A stretch of 61,370 nt of DNA, filler included, from Choristocarpus tenellus KU-1152 (GCA_964200185.2; 9 parts of 9 records of this genome joined end to end with filler, not necessarily neighbours in it), one strand, 5' to 3'; counted from the whole stretch's first letter, positions 11,985 to 25,553 are shown. The notes: generated by a model not told the origin, from the letters alone. A program made the numbers and translations.

Positions 11985-14900
11985 GGTGAGAACCTTGAGC
12001 TGTCTGATCGCCTGGACGCCCTGACTGAACATGCGTCTGCAATCAAGGCCAGGGCTGTGGCCAGGTAAGAGAGGGGAAGTAGAAAGACAAAGAACTGATG
12101 GAATTGGTGGTAGGGTATTCTGTGGGGAAAAATCGATGACGGTACGATGAATTGAGCTTGTGCTGTAAATGGTATATATATAGGGACATTTGTGTAAAAG
12201 TATACTTCCAAGTATGTATGTATATATATTCCATCATGCCAATTGACCCCCCCACCCCCCCAGTATGTTGTCGGCAGGAATCTCCAGCTTGTTTGTAAGA
12301 ATCTTAAATGGACAGGCTGCCTATAAATTGGCTGTGCCTACTTGGTTGAATAATATTGGGGTTTTGGAAGATATTGAACACAGAAAGTAACTGTAAGTAA
12401 CTGTACTGCAATGGTGAATTGCAGGCGGAACTCCCTTCTAGCTTGTGTGGGTGATTTTTGTAATTGCGTGTGAGATTCTGGCATGTATGTGGGAGGTGAT
12501 ATTTCCAGCACTCTGGGGGTATCCTCAAGAGTGCACGCCGCGATAGGTTTTAGACGTATGTATTGATGTAAATAGTGATAGTTTTTGACGTATGTGTTGA
12601 TGTAAATAGTGATAGTTTTTGACGTATGTGTTGATGAAAATAGTGATAGTTTGAGATGTATGTGTTGGTGTAAATTGTGATAGTTTTTGACGTATTTGTT
12701 GATGTAAATAGTGATGGTTTTTGACGTCTGTGTTGGTGTGAGCAGTGATAGTGTTTGACGTCTGTGTTGATGTATACAGTGATGGTTTTTAGATGCAGGT
12801 GTTTATGTAAACAGCTCTAGTTTTAGACGTATGTGTCGATGCAAACAGTGATAGTTTTAGAAATATGTATTGACGAAAAGCGGTTGTTCTTGTTTGTGAG
12901 AGGGAGGTGGCTTCTCCACTCAACGAGGGAGCATGCACATTCTGGATAGGCTCATGCTTCCAAATGTTTACATATATACACTATTCAAACTCTCTCCACA
13001 CCTTTTTTCCCTGGGCGAGCAGCACTCCGTGTAGGGTCCCACTACTTCCTGCAGGCGAGGATGAGTCCTCTATGCTGAATCTGACTGATGCTGCGGCATT
13101 ACAAGCAAAGTTCGATGGGGTGAAAGCGGAACTGAGTGCTGCTCTGGCTGAAAAGGTACACCTTTTTGGGGTGGCAGATGCGAGGCTTTTTGAACGGGCA
13201 TGAGTGTGTATGGTGTAACTATTACTGTTGTTGTTGCTGCTGCTGTTGCTCCTTGATGTGTTTGGACTCTTTTGTTGTCAACAGAATGTAGTGTTCACCC
13301 AATGAATGTACACAATGCATGCTCCTCCCCCCCCTGGGGCAAGGTGCCTCCAGTGGTGAGAAAATGTCTGGCATGGATGAATGCCTGCGCTGAGTTTTGT
13401 CTATATTGTCTGTTTTGATGGTGTGAGAGCAGGACACAATGGCAAGACAGATTGCGTGGCTGAGGGCAGGTGGCGGCGAGGATGATCTTGGAGGCGGTTT
13501 TGTTCCTTCTGGGGGCGATGATCAAAAGAATCAATTTATGGCTTTGGAGAGAGAGGTGAAGGCGGTTTGTGTGTTGCAAGGTGTAGAGTAGATGGTTTTT
13601 GTAGTAGTGAGAGGCGTCTTGTGCTGCTGGTAGACTGTGGATGATGCACCAAGGTGAGGTTGTGTTGTGCTGCTGGGGGGAAGGGGATTGTGTTTGTCTG
13701 GTTGTGTGTGTGTGTGTGTGTGTATTTGAGGATGAGATGGGGTGCTTGTGTGCTCACTACTGTTGTAAGATCGATTGTTCTGTTGGTTTGAACGCATGTA
13801 CGTGTATGGTGTTGAAGTGCATGGATAGGCGGAAGTGATCGGTTGAGTGTTCCCGTCAAGAAGTGCACCTTTTGCTTGACATGTATACTTGGACAGTGGT
13901 TTAGCATGTACTGTACTTGGAAGTCTGAAAGCGTGCTAGGAACCCGGTACTAGCTATGGTACAGCAGGAGGACTATTGTTGTAGGGTTAGTCCCGAAGTA
14001 GTGCAATTGGAAGTACCAACGGAAGTACCACATCTTAGGGTTAGGGTTAGGCCTTTCAAAAGTAACTACTCTGAGTATAATGTAACAGTGTAATGTGGGG
14101 ACACTGTTATTGCGACGTGGTGCTATGGGGCTATAAAGTTTGCCTCTTTACTGTCGGTTGGTAAGAATTGACTATCTCTAGTGTGGTGGGTGATAGTGAC
14201 TTCAAACGTCAAAGTTGTAAGAGAGTACTTGGCGTATTGATGAGGTTCTGTGTGATGGTGTTACAGGTGCAGAAAAGTGCGCTCTTGATAACAAGGGTGG
14301 ATATCTTATTGGCCTTGTTGTATGTGTGTTGGAGTACGAGGGGTGGGGAGGTGTTGATGGTGGGCTGTTCTTGAGTCTGAAAGGTAGATCATAGTTGCCT
14401 ACCACAGAAGTGAGGAATGAGATAGGTTTAGTGCAGTGATATGGTGGCCTGATGATAACCTTGTGTTGAAAAAGTGTATGTCATACAATGGATGTGGTCT
14501 TACGTGACTTGCGCATGCTAGATACCACCTAAATGTCGGTATGATATGAGTTGTACTGTCATCTCAGGTGAATGGTGGTATGACATAAAAAATCTTATAA
14601 TAACTCCGTGTCTAAATGAATGCACCGTAGATATGTTTGTGTATTATCTTTTTGACTGAAAAAGGTATAGTGGTGTAAAAGTAGTAAGGTTCTTACACCA
14701 GCTTTCCATCAAAATGGTGGTGGTGTGATAAGAGGCAGTTCTAGAATGTCTTAATGGTCAGCTGTAGAGATGCTTTTGTCCTGTGGTGGAAAAGTTTGCA
14801 TTTTCCATCTAGCTGTAGATTCTGTAGACTTTAGCTAATCCACCCCGCACTTCATTCCTTGTTTTCAAGGTGGCCAACCTGAGGGCCAAGTTGGATGAGG

Positions 14901-14986
14901 AGAGGGAGGGGGCGCAGAGGGCAAGAACAGGAGATCTCCAGACAAGGAAGTTTTTGCTGAATTATCACAGCAAGACACAGAAACAG
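11985..14986 (+). CDS. Fragments of a coiled-coil protein gene or pseudogene
   Basis: Exon-like segments ~11985-12063 (ENLELSDRLDALTEHASAIKAR), 13055-13155 (AAALQAKFDGVKAELSAALAEK) and from 14870 (VANLRAKLDEEREGAQRAR). The first junction is not phase-compatible. Confidence 0.3.
12542..12880. repeat. 34-bp minisatellite, about 10 copies
   Basis: Unit GATAGTTTTTGACGTATGTGTTGATGTAAATAGT, more degenerate toward the right. Confidence 0.9.
14035..14051 (+). repeat. Short interstitial telomeric-type repeat
   Basis: TTAGGGTTAGGGTTAGG. Confidence 0.6.
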
Positions 14987-17900
14987 GTTGTGGAGGGAAT
15001 GAAGCGGGTTTTGTGTGCTTGTTGAGGCGATGTTGTAGTGGGGGAAGGGGGAGAGGCCGGGTATGTGCTTTGTAGGGAAGAGGTGTAGAGGGATACTGTT
15101 TAGCCTGTTGTGGCTTTTGTTGACAAGAGTGTTTTCTTTTTTTTGTTCTGTACCTGTTGTATGTGTGCGCTCACGGAGGGGGGGGGGAATGCACATTTGT
15201 GAAGCTGAGATTCGAAGTGTTTTTGACTGTCTGAATCAAAGATTCAGAGAGTGTTTTGCAAATCTGCATCCATGTGCCTCTTCATTATGGGTCACAGAAC
15301 GACAGTACGCTGTGCATATATATATATATATTGTTGAGTGAACCAGGAATTATAATATTGTATGTATGTATATATTGCCAGTTTTTTGGTGTCCTGTTGG
15401 TTTTGATGAGAAATGAGGGATTGTTACTGACTAGAGGTTGGTAGGTTGGTGGGTCAACATGACAGTACATATTTTACAGTTGATACAAATATTCGTATCA
15501 ATGAGGATATAAGCTTAATCCATCATATTTCCATTGCCCTCTTCCATGGTTGCGCTGTTGACCCTGTCTGCTCTATAGTTTCACCCCTGTGTACTGTAAG
15601 TCTAATGATTGCATGGGTAACCCTATTGAAGATGAGAAGTATGGTGTTCGTAAATGGGAAGTATTTTTGGGAATGGGGTAGCTCACATGGATGTGGGTTC
15701 TTCATCTAGGTGGGGTCACGAAAGGAGAGATTATCACAAGACTCCGCTGTTCCTGTGTTATTGTTTTTGCTTGAATCCTTGGGTATTGTACCTGAATCAG
15801 ATTACCATAGGGATTAGGTATACGTTCTGTTGTCATTCTGATGTTGTGGTGTGCCCTGAAGACCTGTAAGAGTTACCTTTCATTGGTATGAACCAGGGGA
15901 ATTAATATATTGAAGAAATTGGTGGCATGCAGATTTTGAGACCGAATCAGAGGTTCCCATCAACCATATATGGCAGGATTGGTGGATCGATATGACATTG
16001 TAAGGTATATCTTCAATATATCTTCAATATATATCCATATATATATAATACTGCTGACGATGTGTATTTAATACTTCATACCTTTATTGGTTGCTTTTAC
16101 AGCAGTTTGTCATACTGTTCCAAGGAACCTTGTCAATTCTATATTTCTACCGTGGTTACAATGGTGGGTGGCACAATAGTGGCAGGCGTCTGACCTCACT
16201 TACTCCTGTCGCACAACACCTGGAATATATTCTGCTTGAGGAGTGGTGCAACCTTTCTAGACTTGTATGGTTGGTTGGGATTTGTTGGGTATGCCGATGG
16301 AGGGTTCCGATTGCAATTTGGGACTATAAGGGATATATCGTTTTTAATGGGGGTTGATTTTGAAGTAGGGATGCTTAAGGACTCAGATAGGTCTCTGAGA
16401 TACAGGAGGTGGAATGGATACCCGATTTTTTGTTGGTTAGATGGTTGTTTGTACTTGAGGTGGAATTGGATTTTTCTTGAGAGGAGGTGTTGGTTGTATG
16501 TTTCTATTTTGTTCTTTGTTGTTGTGAGACCCCCTGCGTTGTCTGTTCTGTATAGTAGTCACACACCTTGGGAAACGTAATTGTCACATTTTTCAACTTA
16601 ACCTTTTCGATGTGGTGCATGTCAGCACTTTTTCCAGAGAGCACACGTTGAAAGATATATTTTGTCTGGATAGTATATGGTCATGACATTGTCCTGGGAA
16701 AAGTGGAGTTACGAAACAAATTTGCGTTAGCGCTTTGTTGAACAACAGGGGTTACAGAGGAAATGGCCCTTGAGTGTTGTCCTCAACTGTGGATGGTATA
16801 GATAGGCCAGATGGCCAGATGCATTGTCCAGGACATTGGATGCTCTGGATTGAATAGAAGAAGTGTATGCCGTACAGCAGATGCTATGAGCGAGTCCAAC
16901 AGAATTTCACATTTTTTTCTTGTTTCCAATATTTTTAAATTTATAATTTGCCAAATTTTCTTGGTATATATGCCTTGCCATGCCCCTAGCTGGACCTTCC
17001 GAGGGAGTAGGTGGTAGAGGATGACAGAATTGAACCCTCTGCCCATTGTTGCTTGAAGGTTCCTACCGTTAAGTGGGAACGGTCACCTGCCAATGCAGCT
17101 GCTTCACATGAACTCATTAGTGCTTCCCCCCCCTCCCTGCCCCGTTAATGGTCCTTGCAGATAATCAAGTTGAAGGGGGAAATGCAGAGCTAACAACAGC
17201 TTGTTCGATGTTGATCCAATGATAACTGTGTCAGGATGGGGCTTGGCCTAGTGTAGGTCGGGTGCCTTTTCTAGTTTGTTAGGTTTTGTTTTGGATGACA
17301 GTTTGGTATGTATTCTTTAGCCAGCAGGGAACTAACTGGAGGTGTGTTACCATGTGGGAGTGGGGGGTGGAGGGAATGTCGCAGCCGTGGGGGAAGCCAA
17401 AAACAAAGAAAAAACGTGCTGCACCAATTCAGTTTGGAGCTTTTTTTTTGTGGTAGTTGGTGATCTGCTGGAAACTCAGGGGTGGTTGGATTAGGGAAAC
17501 ACCTGTTCAGTTATTTTTTTTTTCTTGTCAGTGAGGAAGGCAGTAAAAAATGGGTTAAGTCTCTGTGTTGATAGTAGTGCTTTGAAACAAAGCTGATCTG
17601 AGATAGTTGCACGATGGATAATGGAGGATGAGCAGAGGAACATAGGAGCCCGGGATATGTTAGCTCTGTTATTGGTCTGGAGAGTGCAGGTACTGTAGGT
17701 AGTGGGGTGGTCTTTTGCAGGGGTGAAGCAGCAGATGGAGACACACAGATTTTGCTCATGAGGATGAAAGCTCAACTACCGTGGGTGGCATGGTGTTGGT
17801 GGTGTCTGCAGAAGAGCATTACCTAGAATCAGAGGTCTCAAGCAGTTAATTGTGTTGGTGTTGAGGGTATGTTGGTGGCCAGATCTATTAATTCAAGTTC

Positions 17901-18663
17901 AGTCAGAGCTTTTTAGTTGGAAAATAATACACATACATACACTCCGTAGTATACGACATGTTAGAGTACATCCAACAAACCGTTTGCACCCTCCCTGGGC
18001 TTCCCTGCAGGACAGTGATCACTCAAGGCTTGTGAGTCTGGTACAGTGTACTATGCAGTAGACGGAAGCAAGACAAAAATAAATTGTACAAAATACTTCC
18101 ACCACTTGTAAAAAGGGTGGTCATAGTCATCTCATGTCTTTGTCCGCTGTTTTCTACTGGCTGTGAATCAGTGATGGTTTATTGTATCTATTGTTAGAAG
18201 GAGTTTTAGCATTCTGTACCTGCTTCTCTCTGGTCATGGTAATTTTCCAGTTCATGTCTACCCAAAAAATGTACACACGCCATTAGCTGACTCAAAGAGG
18301 GGCAATTTGTAGCGGAAACATCTTCCTGTAACGTCTTTATTGTCCCAACTGCATAACTCAGCAGCTCATCAGTCGAGAAATGTTTTGTGTGTCCACATAC
18401 TCGTCGCTGAGGTGTGTATATTCCATGTGACATAGCATATATGTAGTCAATTTTCTACAGTCCCTTTCCCTTACATAGTTTCCTCCTACTGCAAGTGGAA
18501 CAAGATAGTGGAATAGGGATATAAGAGTGCATGGTCACCAGTAGAAAAAGGATGCAAGGGGTATAATTATATGGTTTAGCGTAAACAAGGAAGTAAAGCA
18601 ATGCGTATAGAGTGGTACATGAACCTGGTGTGCGACTACGCGTGTTTATTGCAAATTTGCGGT

Positions 18664-19746
18664 TCAGCAATCGTAGTCACTATCCTCGTCCACATGCACG
18701 ACTCCACTTCCCTTCTCCACATCCTGTACCCCTGTTCCGTCAAGTTCTGCCAATCCTATATGCCCCAACAAGGCCCCGCGCAATCCATCTGGAATAGCTG
18801 ATGCACCCTGTAAACTACCAAGTACGTCTTGCGGTGCTGTATCCCCAAATGAAGAATCTTTGCGATTAATCTCCCCAGCATTCTCAGACCGCTTCCTCTT
18901 ACGCGGGGTGGGAGTCGTTCTAACTTTGGAAATGCCTGCTTCTTCAGTTGTGGGCTCCAGGATTGGCCTCAGGAAATCGAAGCGTTCGCCTTCTGCAGCA
19001 GCTTCCCGCCTGCCGTCTCATGGCAGGGAAAAGAGATGGGGCAAGGCGTCTACAGTGAGTGTAACGAAACTTCGATGGTCGAGGTGATGTGTATAGAGGG
19101 GTGGCATGCCGTGTGGAATTTCGAACATACTCAATTGTAATCCTGGAGGAGTACACCAAACCTATTCTACAGAACAGTTAAAGTTCATGCTTCAGGGTCG
19201 CGTTTACTCACACATCCTCCGCCGATATAGGTCTCCTCTTCGAGCGACCCTTCCCTTTATTTGCAGCACCACTGCTCACGTCCACCACCTGCCCGCTGTC
19301 GAGATTGCGATTTCGCGACGCCAAAGTCGCAGCAACCAGGTCCGACAAGAAAAGATCTGTGCATCGGGCTTCATATGCCGAAGGGGTCGGAGGAGAGCAG
19401 GGAAAAGAGACGAGGCTAGCTTGTCGCGTCCTGCAAGCTATCCAGCGTTCCCTAAGTCTCGCAATCCCATCACGATAGCCGCAGACTGCAAATTTGTACC
19501 CTACCTATCATCGAAGTTGCATCGTTGCTAATCCTGCCAATGTCCTTGTCCCTCAGCGCAATCGCACGTACACGACCCTGGGGGACGGAAAGACAGGACT
19601 CAGTTGACCAATTCAAACATCAAAGCAGATGGTTCTGGCGGGATCAATAAAGTGCAAATGACTCTCGACCGAGAAGGAGTGTGTTATCTAACCTTTGGTA
19701 GCCTAATGCTCTCGGCGGTACTCATATCTTGGGAAAGGTGTGTCAT
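18664..19746 (-). CDS. H2A-like histone-fold protein (DRAP1/NC2-alpha, NF-YC family), 4 exons
   Basis: Exons 19746-19693, 19577-19505, 19368-19212 and 19009-18664 join in phase. Translation RLPKGRVRAIALRDKDIGRISNDATSMIARCTDLFLSDLV...ISAEDVREAAAEGERFDFLRPIL, basic PRKRKR, acidic end DEDSDYDC resembling DRAP1. Confidence 0.85.
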
Positions 19747-20114
19747 CTTTGATAAGGTGGTCCCTTCAAACCAACCGTTGAATGGATTTAAATAAACAAA
19801 AAGATACAAAAGACAACCATGGTGAAGTGGGTGGGTTTAGGGAAGAACCCGGATTAGACATCATTGGAGTTGCCTAACTGCAAGTCTTTCCCAAACGTCT
19901 TCTTTCCATAGACTTTGTTAAATCTCTGAGTGATCATCGTGGTAATCTCCAAAGTCAGTGATAGCCGAAAAGCGAGAAATCATGTGTGACCTTATCCGTT
20001 TGGAGACCTAAAAAATTGCTTTGCTAGAACCTGTGCTACTGTTGCACTAGAACTAGGCTTGTTGCCTGGTAAGGAGGGGGCATCAGCCGCCTTTGGCAGT
20101 GAGCTGTTTTCGCA

Positions 20115-21806
20115 ATGGCGCCTCCCCCCCTTGAGGCATCTGACAGCAGCGTGAGAGTAGCCGTGCGGGTTCGGCCTCTCCTTAGCTTCGAGAAGTCAGA
20201 GCGACTAGGGGAGTGCGTGGGGTGCATCCCAGGTTCAAGTCAGGTGTACGTAGGTAGCGAAGCCAATGGGAAGAACAACTTCACCTTCGACTTTACCTTC
20301 CCCAAGAACTGTGAGCAGAGGATCCTCTACGATGACTGCGTTGGGTCTCTGTTGGAAGGTGGGCGAATGTGTGAAGTTGAAAAATTCAAATCGACATTAG
20401 ATTGAACGATGTCCTATCGTCTTCATATTCATCCTCGAACAGTAAAGCACTGATGTACCCCGCGCACTGTAGGGGTGAAGTTGACGATAGAGCGAGTGGC
20501 AATTCTTGTTTTGCTGTTTTGCCTCCTCTATTGGTTACGTCAGATGACAGGCAAACACCTTCATGTCCCACTTGTCCCATCCCATAAAGTCTTGGCAGAC
20601 ACCTTCAAAATGCTTTTCAAAATGACAGACTTGTAGGAGCTCTATGCTAGCAGTTCTTTATCCTCGGAGAGCCAAACCTCGTCTCCATCATGTATCCTAA
20701 ATTTTAAACCAAATCCAAGGGCTCTGTACCTGGACCTACATCTCAATATCTATCCACAGGCGCAGTATTGCTGGAGGATTGTATGCTTTATATTCCTCGT
20801 GCTACAGTATCCCACTCCATTATGCTTACATCTTGCAGTGTCAGAGCAATCACAGGCACTCTGAACATCACTAATGAGCAACCCTGTAGGCCAAGTCTCG
20901 TTCACCCCCCCCCCCCCTTTCCAACATTGAAAAAATCTACTTGTCAATTTACCAACAATCCTATCATCTCCATTAATTCGCAGCTTTCTTTGAAGGCTTC
21001 AATGCAACGATCCTGGCATATGGACAAACGGGATCTGGTAAGACCTACACGATGGGCAGTGCTAGCAGCCTCAGGTGATGCTTTATATCCCCCCTGACCC
21101 ATGATTACTTTTGAGGTGCTTGTAGGGATGAAGGAAGAAATAGTTATTCTGGAGCAAGATTTTCTGGTGAACCACCATCCCTCACCCTGAAAACGGGACC
21201 TTCACTTGAAGGAAGACCTAACCCTAACCCTAACCCTAACCCTAACCCTATCTTATCACACTTGATTGTTGTCTCTATCATCTCAGACTCTCAGAGGAGG
21301 AGCAGGGTATTATCCCAAGAGTGATCAGTGGAATGTACGATATGGTGAGGGAGACTTCAGAGGATCACCCTCATGTGTCCTACACAGTCCGGTGCCAATT
21401 CCTAGAAATATATGGAGAGGACATTCATGACCTTCTGGAGCCAGCAGGGTCAACGGTAACCATCAGAGAGGGACAGAATGGAGAGGTTAACGTGCATGGA
21501 GCCAAGGAGGAGCTCGTCCATGGAGCAGAGGTGTGTGTGTGTGTGTGTGTGTGAGTTGTGGACACAAGAAAAGTAGGTTGTGACTACTCTTAAAACCCCT
21601 CTGAACTCAACCTCCACCCCGGTGTCCTCCTGTTGCTATTCTTGGCGATTCCTGAATAGGAAATGGCCATGCTTCTGGAGCGAGGATCACTTTGTCGTAC
21701 CACCGGGTCCACCCTGATGAATGCCCACTCCTCTCGCTCTCATGCTATATTCACAGTCTTGCTGGAGCAGCGCATCCGGCAGGAGGGGGCAGACCCAGAG
21801 AACAAG
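20115..21806 (+). CDS. Kinesin motor domain, kinesin-4-like (KIF4/KIF21/KIF27 type); 3'-truncated by contig end
   Basis: Exons 20115-20358, 20984-21074, 21287-21530 and 21660-21806. Motifs [15 protein letters not shown]-loop [26 protein letters not shown] and switch [12 protein letters not shown]. Confidence 0.93.
21217..21250 (-). repeat. Interstitial telomeric repeat (CCCTAA)n in kinesin intron 2
   Basis: About 5.5 perfect units. Confidence 0.9.
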
Positions 21807-21897
21807 GTGCGTATGATATACTCACGTATTCATATATATGTATGTTTGTGTGTGTGTGTGTATAAATATATATTTTTTGTGTTCTCTATGTGTACCT

Positions 21898-21928
<31 letters not shown>

Positions 21929-22028
21929 NNNNNNNNNNNNNNNNNNNNNNNNNNNNNNNNNNNNNNNNNNNNTTAATTAATTAANNNNNNNNNNNNNNNN
22001 NNNNNNNNNNNNNNNNNNNNNNNNNNNN
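21929..22028. other. Artificial contig linker
   Basis: N44-TTAATTAATTAA-N44. Confidence 0.98.
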
Positions 22029-22395
22029 TGCAGTATCACCACATACTATGCACTATTGCCACATACTACAAATTATTGTCACAAACTTTGCATTATCGCC
22101 ACATACTATGCATTATCACCACATACTATGCACTATTGCCACATACTACAAATTATTATCACATACTATGCACAATCACCACATACTATGCATTATTGCC
22201 ACATACTATGCACTATTGCCACATACTACGAATTATTGTCACAAACTATGCATTATCGCCACATGCTATGCATTATCGCCACATACTATGCACTATTGCC
22301 ACATACTACGAATTATTATCACATACTACGAATTATTATCACAAACTACACATTATCGCCACATACTATGCAACGTTGCCACACGCTATGAATTT
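22029..22395. repeat. 20-bp minisatellite, about 18 copies
   Basis: Unit variants CACATACTATGCATTATCGC / CACATACTATGCACTATTGC / CACATACTACGAATTATTAT. Confidence 0.92.
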
Positions 22396-22485
22396 GTTAT
22401 TTATTTGTTATGAGTAGTGAGTGGGTTCACACCTAAATCAGTAGGACTACACCCTTACACACACATATACACATAGCCCACATAC

Positions 22486-24522
22486 CTGATTAAAGAGTTC
22501 TGCAATGGCACTCGCCTCCCTTCCCTCCCCCCTGTAGAAAGCAATCTCCTCAGCATGCTCCCTAACACGGACCAGCCCAAACCTTACCCACACCAATAGT
22601 TCCAGAACAGATCCCAAGTACACACGGATACATGACACAGGGATAGAATTATACAGGGTTACACAAGATAAGGAAGGCGAAGGTCACCATGGTATGTGTC
22701 CAAACAGGGAGGGGTGTGTCTTACAATGAACACTCTTTGAAATGCACCCTGTGTCAACTAGGGGTTTCATTCGAAGCAAATTCAAAATACAAAGTGCCAA
22801 CTGGATATGTTTGGCAGAGAGAGAGAGAGGCACAATGTCTCAAGCGAAAAGAGGAACTGTCTGTGGAAATAAAAAAAACAATGAGTCAATTTATACCCTC
22901 AAACACATCACAATGAAGGTTAGAAAAAATCAGAAAATGATGACCAAAAATTGTCAGAAACTGCACAAGATTTTAGAGGTGTGCGCAACACACATACAGT
23001 GAGACCATTACTTACGAAATAGAACAACATTTGTGCATAGTGAGAATAAATACGATACTCCATTCACTGTTATACCAGTGCATTAAAACTTGATGAAGCT
23101 CCTGAACCTGTCAAGATGACCAAGAAGCTGTACCTGAAATTGGCCTCCTTCTTTGCTCCCTCAAAGTTGATGTGTTTAAGTCGCAGTCCAAAGAGAGCAG
23201 TTGTTACCAGGGTCCCTCCCACACTGTACAGAACCACGAAGGAAGTTAGTTGTGGAGAGATGGCCAGGAGGACACCCACAAATGAGCACACATTCAAGAT
23301 GCGACCCACGAAGACTACTATCACTGTTATGCAGTTCTGTGTGAAGGCCGCAGTATCTTCACCTATGCGCTGGTCGGGATTATCGACCTGTGCACGAATG
23401 TCGGGTAAATGGGTTTAAAACACATGTGTGGGGTGGGGTGTGGAGGATGGAGGTCGGTGATGTCACTTCATGTTTACGGATTTGTACACAAGGGTCTCTT
23501 GCAAACCAACGTAATCAAAGAGTGTGGGGAGCATTGTATTGTGTTATCAATCGAATGGTTATGCAGCCTTGCCGTAGTTAATTTGCACCATCATGAGGAA
23601 TGACACGTTAACCGTCTCAAGTTACTATGGTGCAACATCCACTTGTGAGAGAGATGTCCACCGAACACATCATTCAAATACAAAAATGCTCACCGTGCTG
23701 ATTGGGTTGTCAATGTCACCACCTTGATTTTCCCTGCTGGTTGCTCCCTGGCCCATGACCGTGCCCACGGTCTTAACGGTGGTCACCGTACCAGCACCGT
23801 GCACCCCAGTCTTGAGCGTGTAGAAAGAACGATTGGAGAAGTACAGACCGCACAATCTGTCGGTGAGCCAACAACGCCAATCAAGCCTCAGCTTCCCTTG
23901 CACGAAGTCGGAAAGTGCGAACAGTGGTGCAGCTAATAGGAGTATGAGGACATATCGCCGAACTCCCCTGTAAAAACCTGCTTCGTCCTTCTCGCTCATT
24001 GCTGTCGAAAAGTCCCTCTGCAAGGTCGCAGGAGGTGCACACGGGATAAGGTGAGGTCAATACATCACAAACAAACTTCTGAAGCTTACAATTGCCTAGA
24101 TAAGGGGGATTCGGCTTCGGCACTGTCTAGTACTTGAGAGGTCCATCAAGTGGCTGGTTTTTGTTGAAAGTGGAAGTACCTGAAGTTGGAGATCAAGTCG
24201 TTACTTCATCCCGTTCTCACTTGAACGAATTGGACAATTGTTACATGTAATTGCTACATGTAAATGCTACATGCAGGATAAAAGCACTGGTTTGAGATAA
24301 CTCTTTTGCGCTTTTTAAATGTTTTACCTGAAGATAGCTGAATGACACCAAAAACGCGCTCTCCAATCCGAGCAGGAAAAGCATAAATACAAGCCATCCC
24401 CAAGAACTCCTCCTGTTTGGGTTTGCCTCCGTAAAGAAGGGCCTAAAGACGATCCAGAATTTTCTCAGGATAGGAATATCCTCATTAGTCGTTTCCCTGG
24501 CATTATATTTTCGCCCAGCCAT
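22486..24522 (-). CDS. ABC transporter subfamily D (ABCD4/YddA-like) transmembrane domain; 3'-truncated
   Basis: Exons 24522-24328, 24017-23694, 23387-23134 and 22582-22486. Motifs LRLDWRCWLT, YFSNRSFY, VDNPDQRIGED and EAA-type EANFRFGLVRVREHAEEIAFYRG. Confidence 0.92.
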
Positions 24523-24674
24523 CTCGATTCTAATCTGGTGTAATGGGTTAGTCAGGTTGGTTAGAGGAGTTCAAAAGAGGTGGCGGTGTTGAAAAAGATG
24601 CAACCACCAAACTTATGCAAAACCAGAATTTTGAAATCATACCCTGTTTTGGTGTACACATTCTACTAGAGGAA

Positions 24675-25553
24675 ATGAGGGATGATAAACCTGTGCCGGA
24701 TCCACCCTTCGATCTACGTCGAATATGGATACAGATAAAAAGTTATGACACTAATAACTTGAGGATAGGAGGTGCAGACCCCAATACCACGACAGATCTT
24801 CATCCCTTCCCTGGCGTGATGAGGTAACTAAAACTAATTTCATGTCGGATTGGAACGATTTTAAGGTGAGAATAAAACGCAGTCATTTTTATTTATTTAA
24901 TCATATCTCGCTACCTACACATAAAAGGGGATCCACAGATGGTTGTTTTTCTCAGATTCGATATCAACCCTATTGTCGATGGTGTACATGGAATCCATCA
25001 GTGAACAGGATACCCACAAGACTCGGAATAGTCCAATCACCATCGGATTCTTTCTGATATTTTGGTATTAACATGTGTCGAAACATTCACTTTGGAAGTT
25101 AGCTTTGTTGAAGTATTTGTTAATCAAATTCCTATCTATCGAGTACCCATGTGGAATCTTGTCCTACAGACGAGACTCCTCTCATCATCGGTGACCATGG
25201 AAGTGTACGGAGAACAGTGGTACTTCACACAACCGGAAAAGGAACTCACTTCAAAAACGGCATTGGTATGTGCTGAGGAGGACGCGGAGGAGGTCAGGCT
25301 GAAAGCCAAAGGGGAGGTGTGTAGTGTGATGTGTGGCATAAGAAATATGAGTACTTCTGGACCTAAAAATTCACCAGCAATTAATTCCTGAGATACAACC
25401 AAGGCATGAATCCACAGTATTAACCGAGGAAGTCTCATTAGAGGGTATTCAGCATTTATGTAAAAGCTCTTGGCTCTTCCCCTCCACAGAGTCCGTGTCT
25501 GACAGGTGACGTTCCTGATGCGGAGTCGAGAAATCTACGAACTCACCTTTATA
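24675..25553 (+). CDS. 5' part of an unknown gene, divergent from the ABCD gene
   Basis: ATG exon MRDDKPVPDPPFDLRRIWIQIK... ending AG|GTAACT, plus further AG..GT-bounded segments (~25170-25315, 25506-25553). Exon chain uncertain. Confidence 0.35.

Noticed and set aside
12542-12880. CRISPR-like array (34-bp unit)
   Set aside because: Units are contiguous with no unique spacers, there are no cas genes, and the context is eukaryotic.
13222-13437. Poly-Q ORF
   Set aside because: A CTG/TTG microsatellite in probable intron, with no coding context.
22048-22417. His/Cys/Tyr-rich metal-binding proteins in three frames
   Set aside because: Translation artefacts of a 20-bp tandem repeat lacking stop codons.
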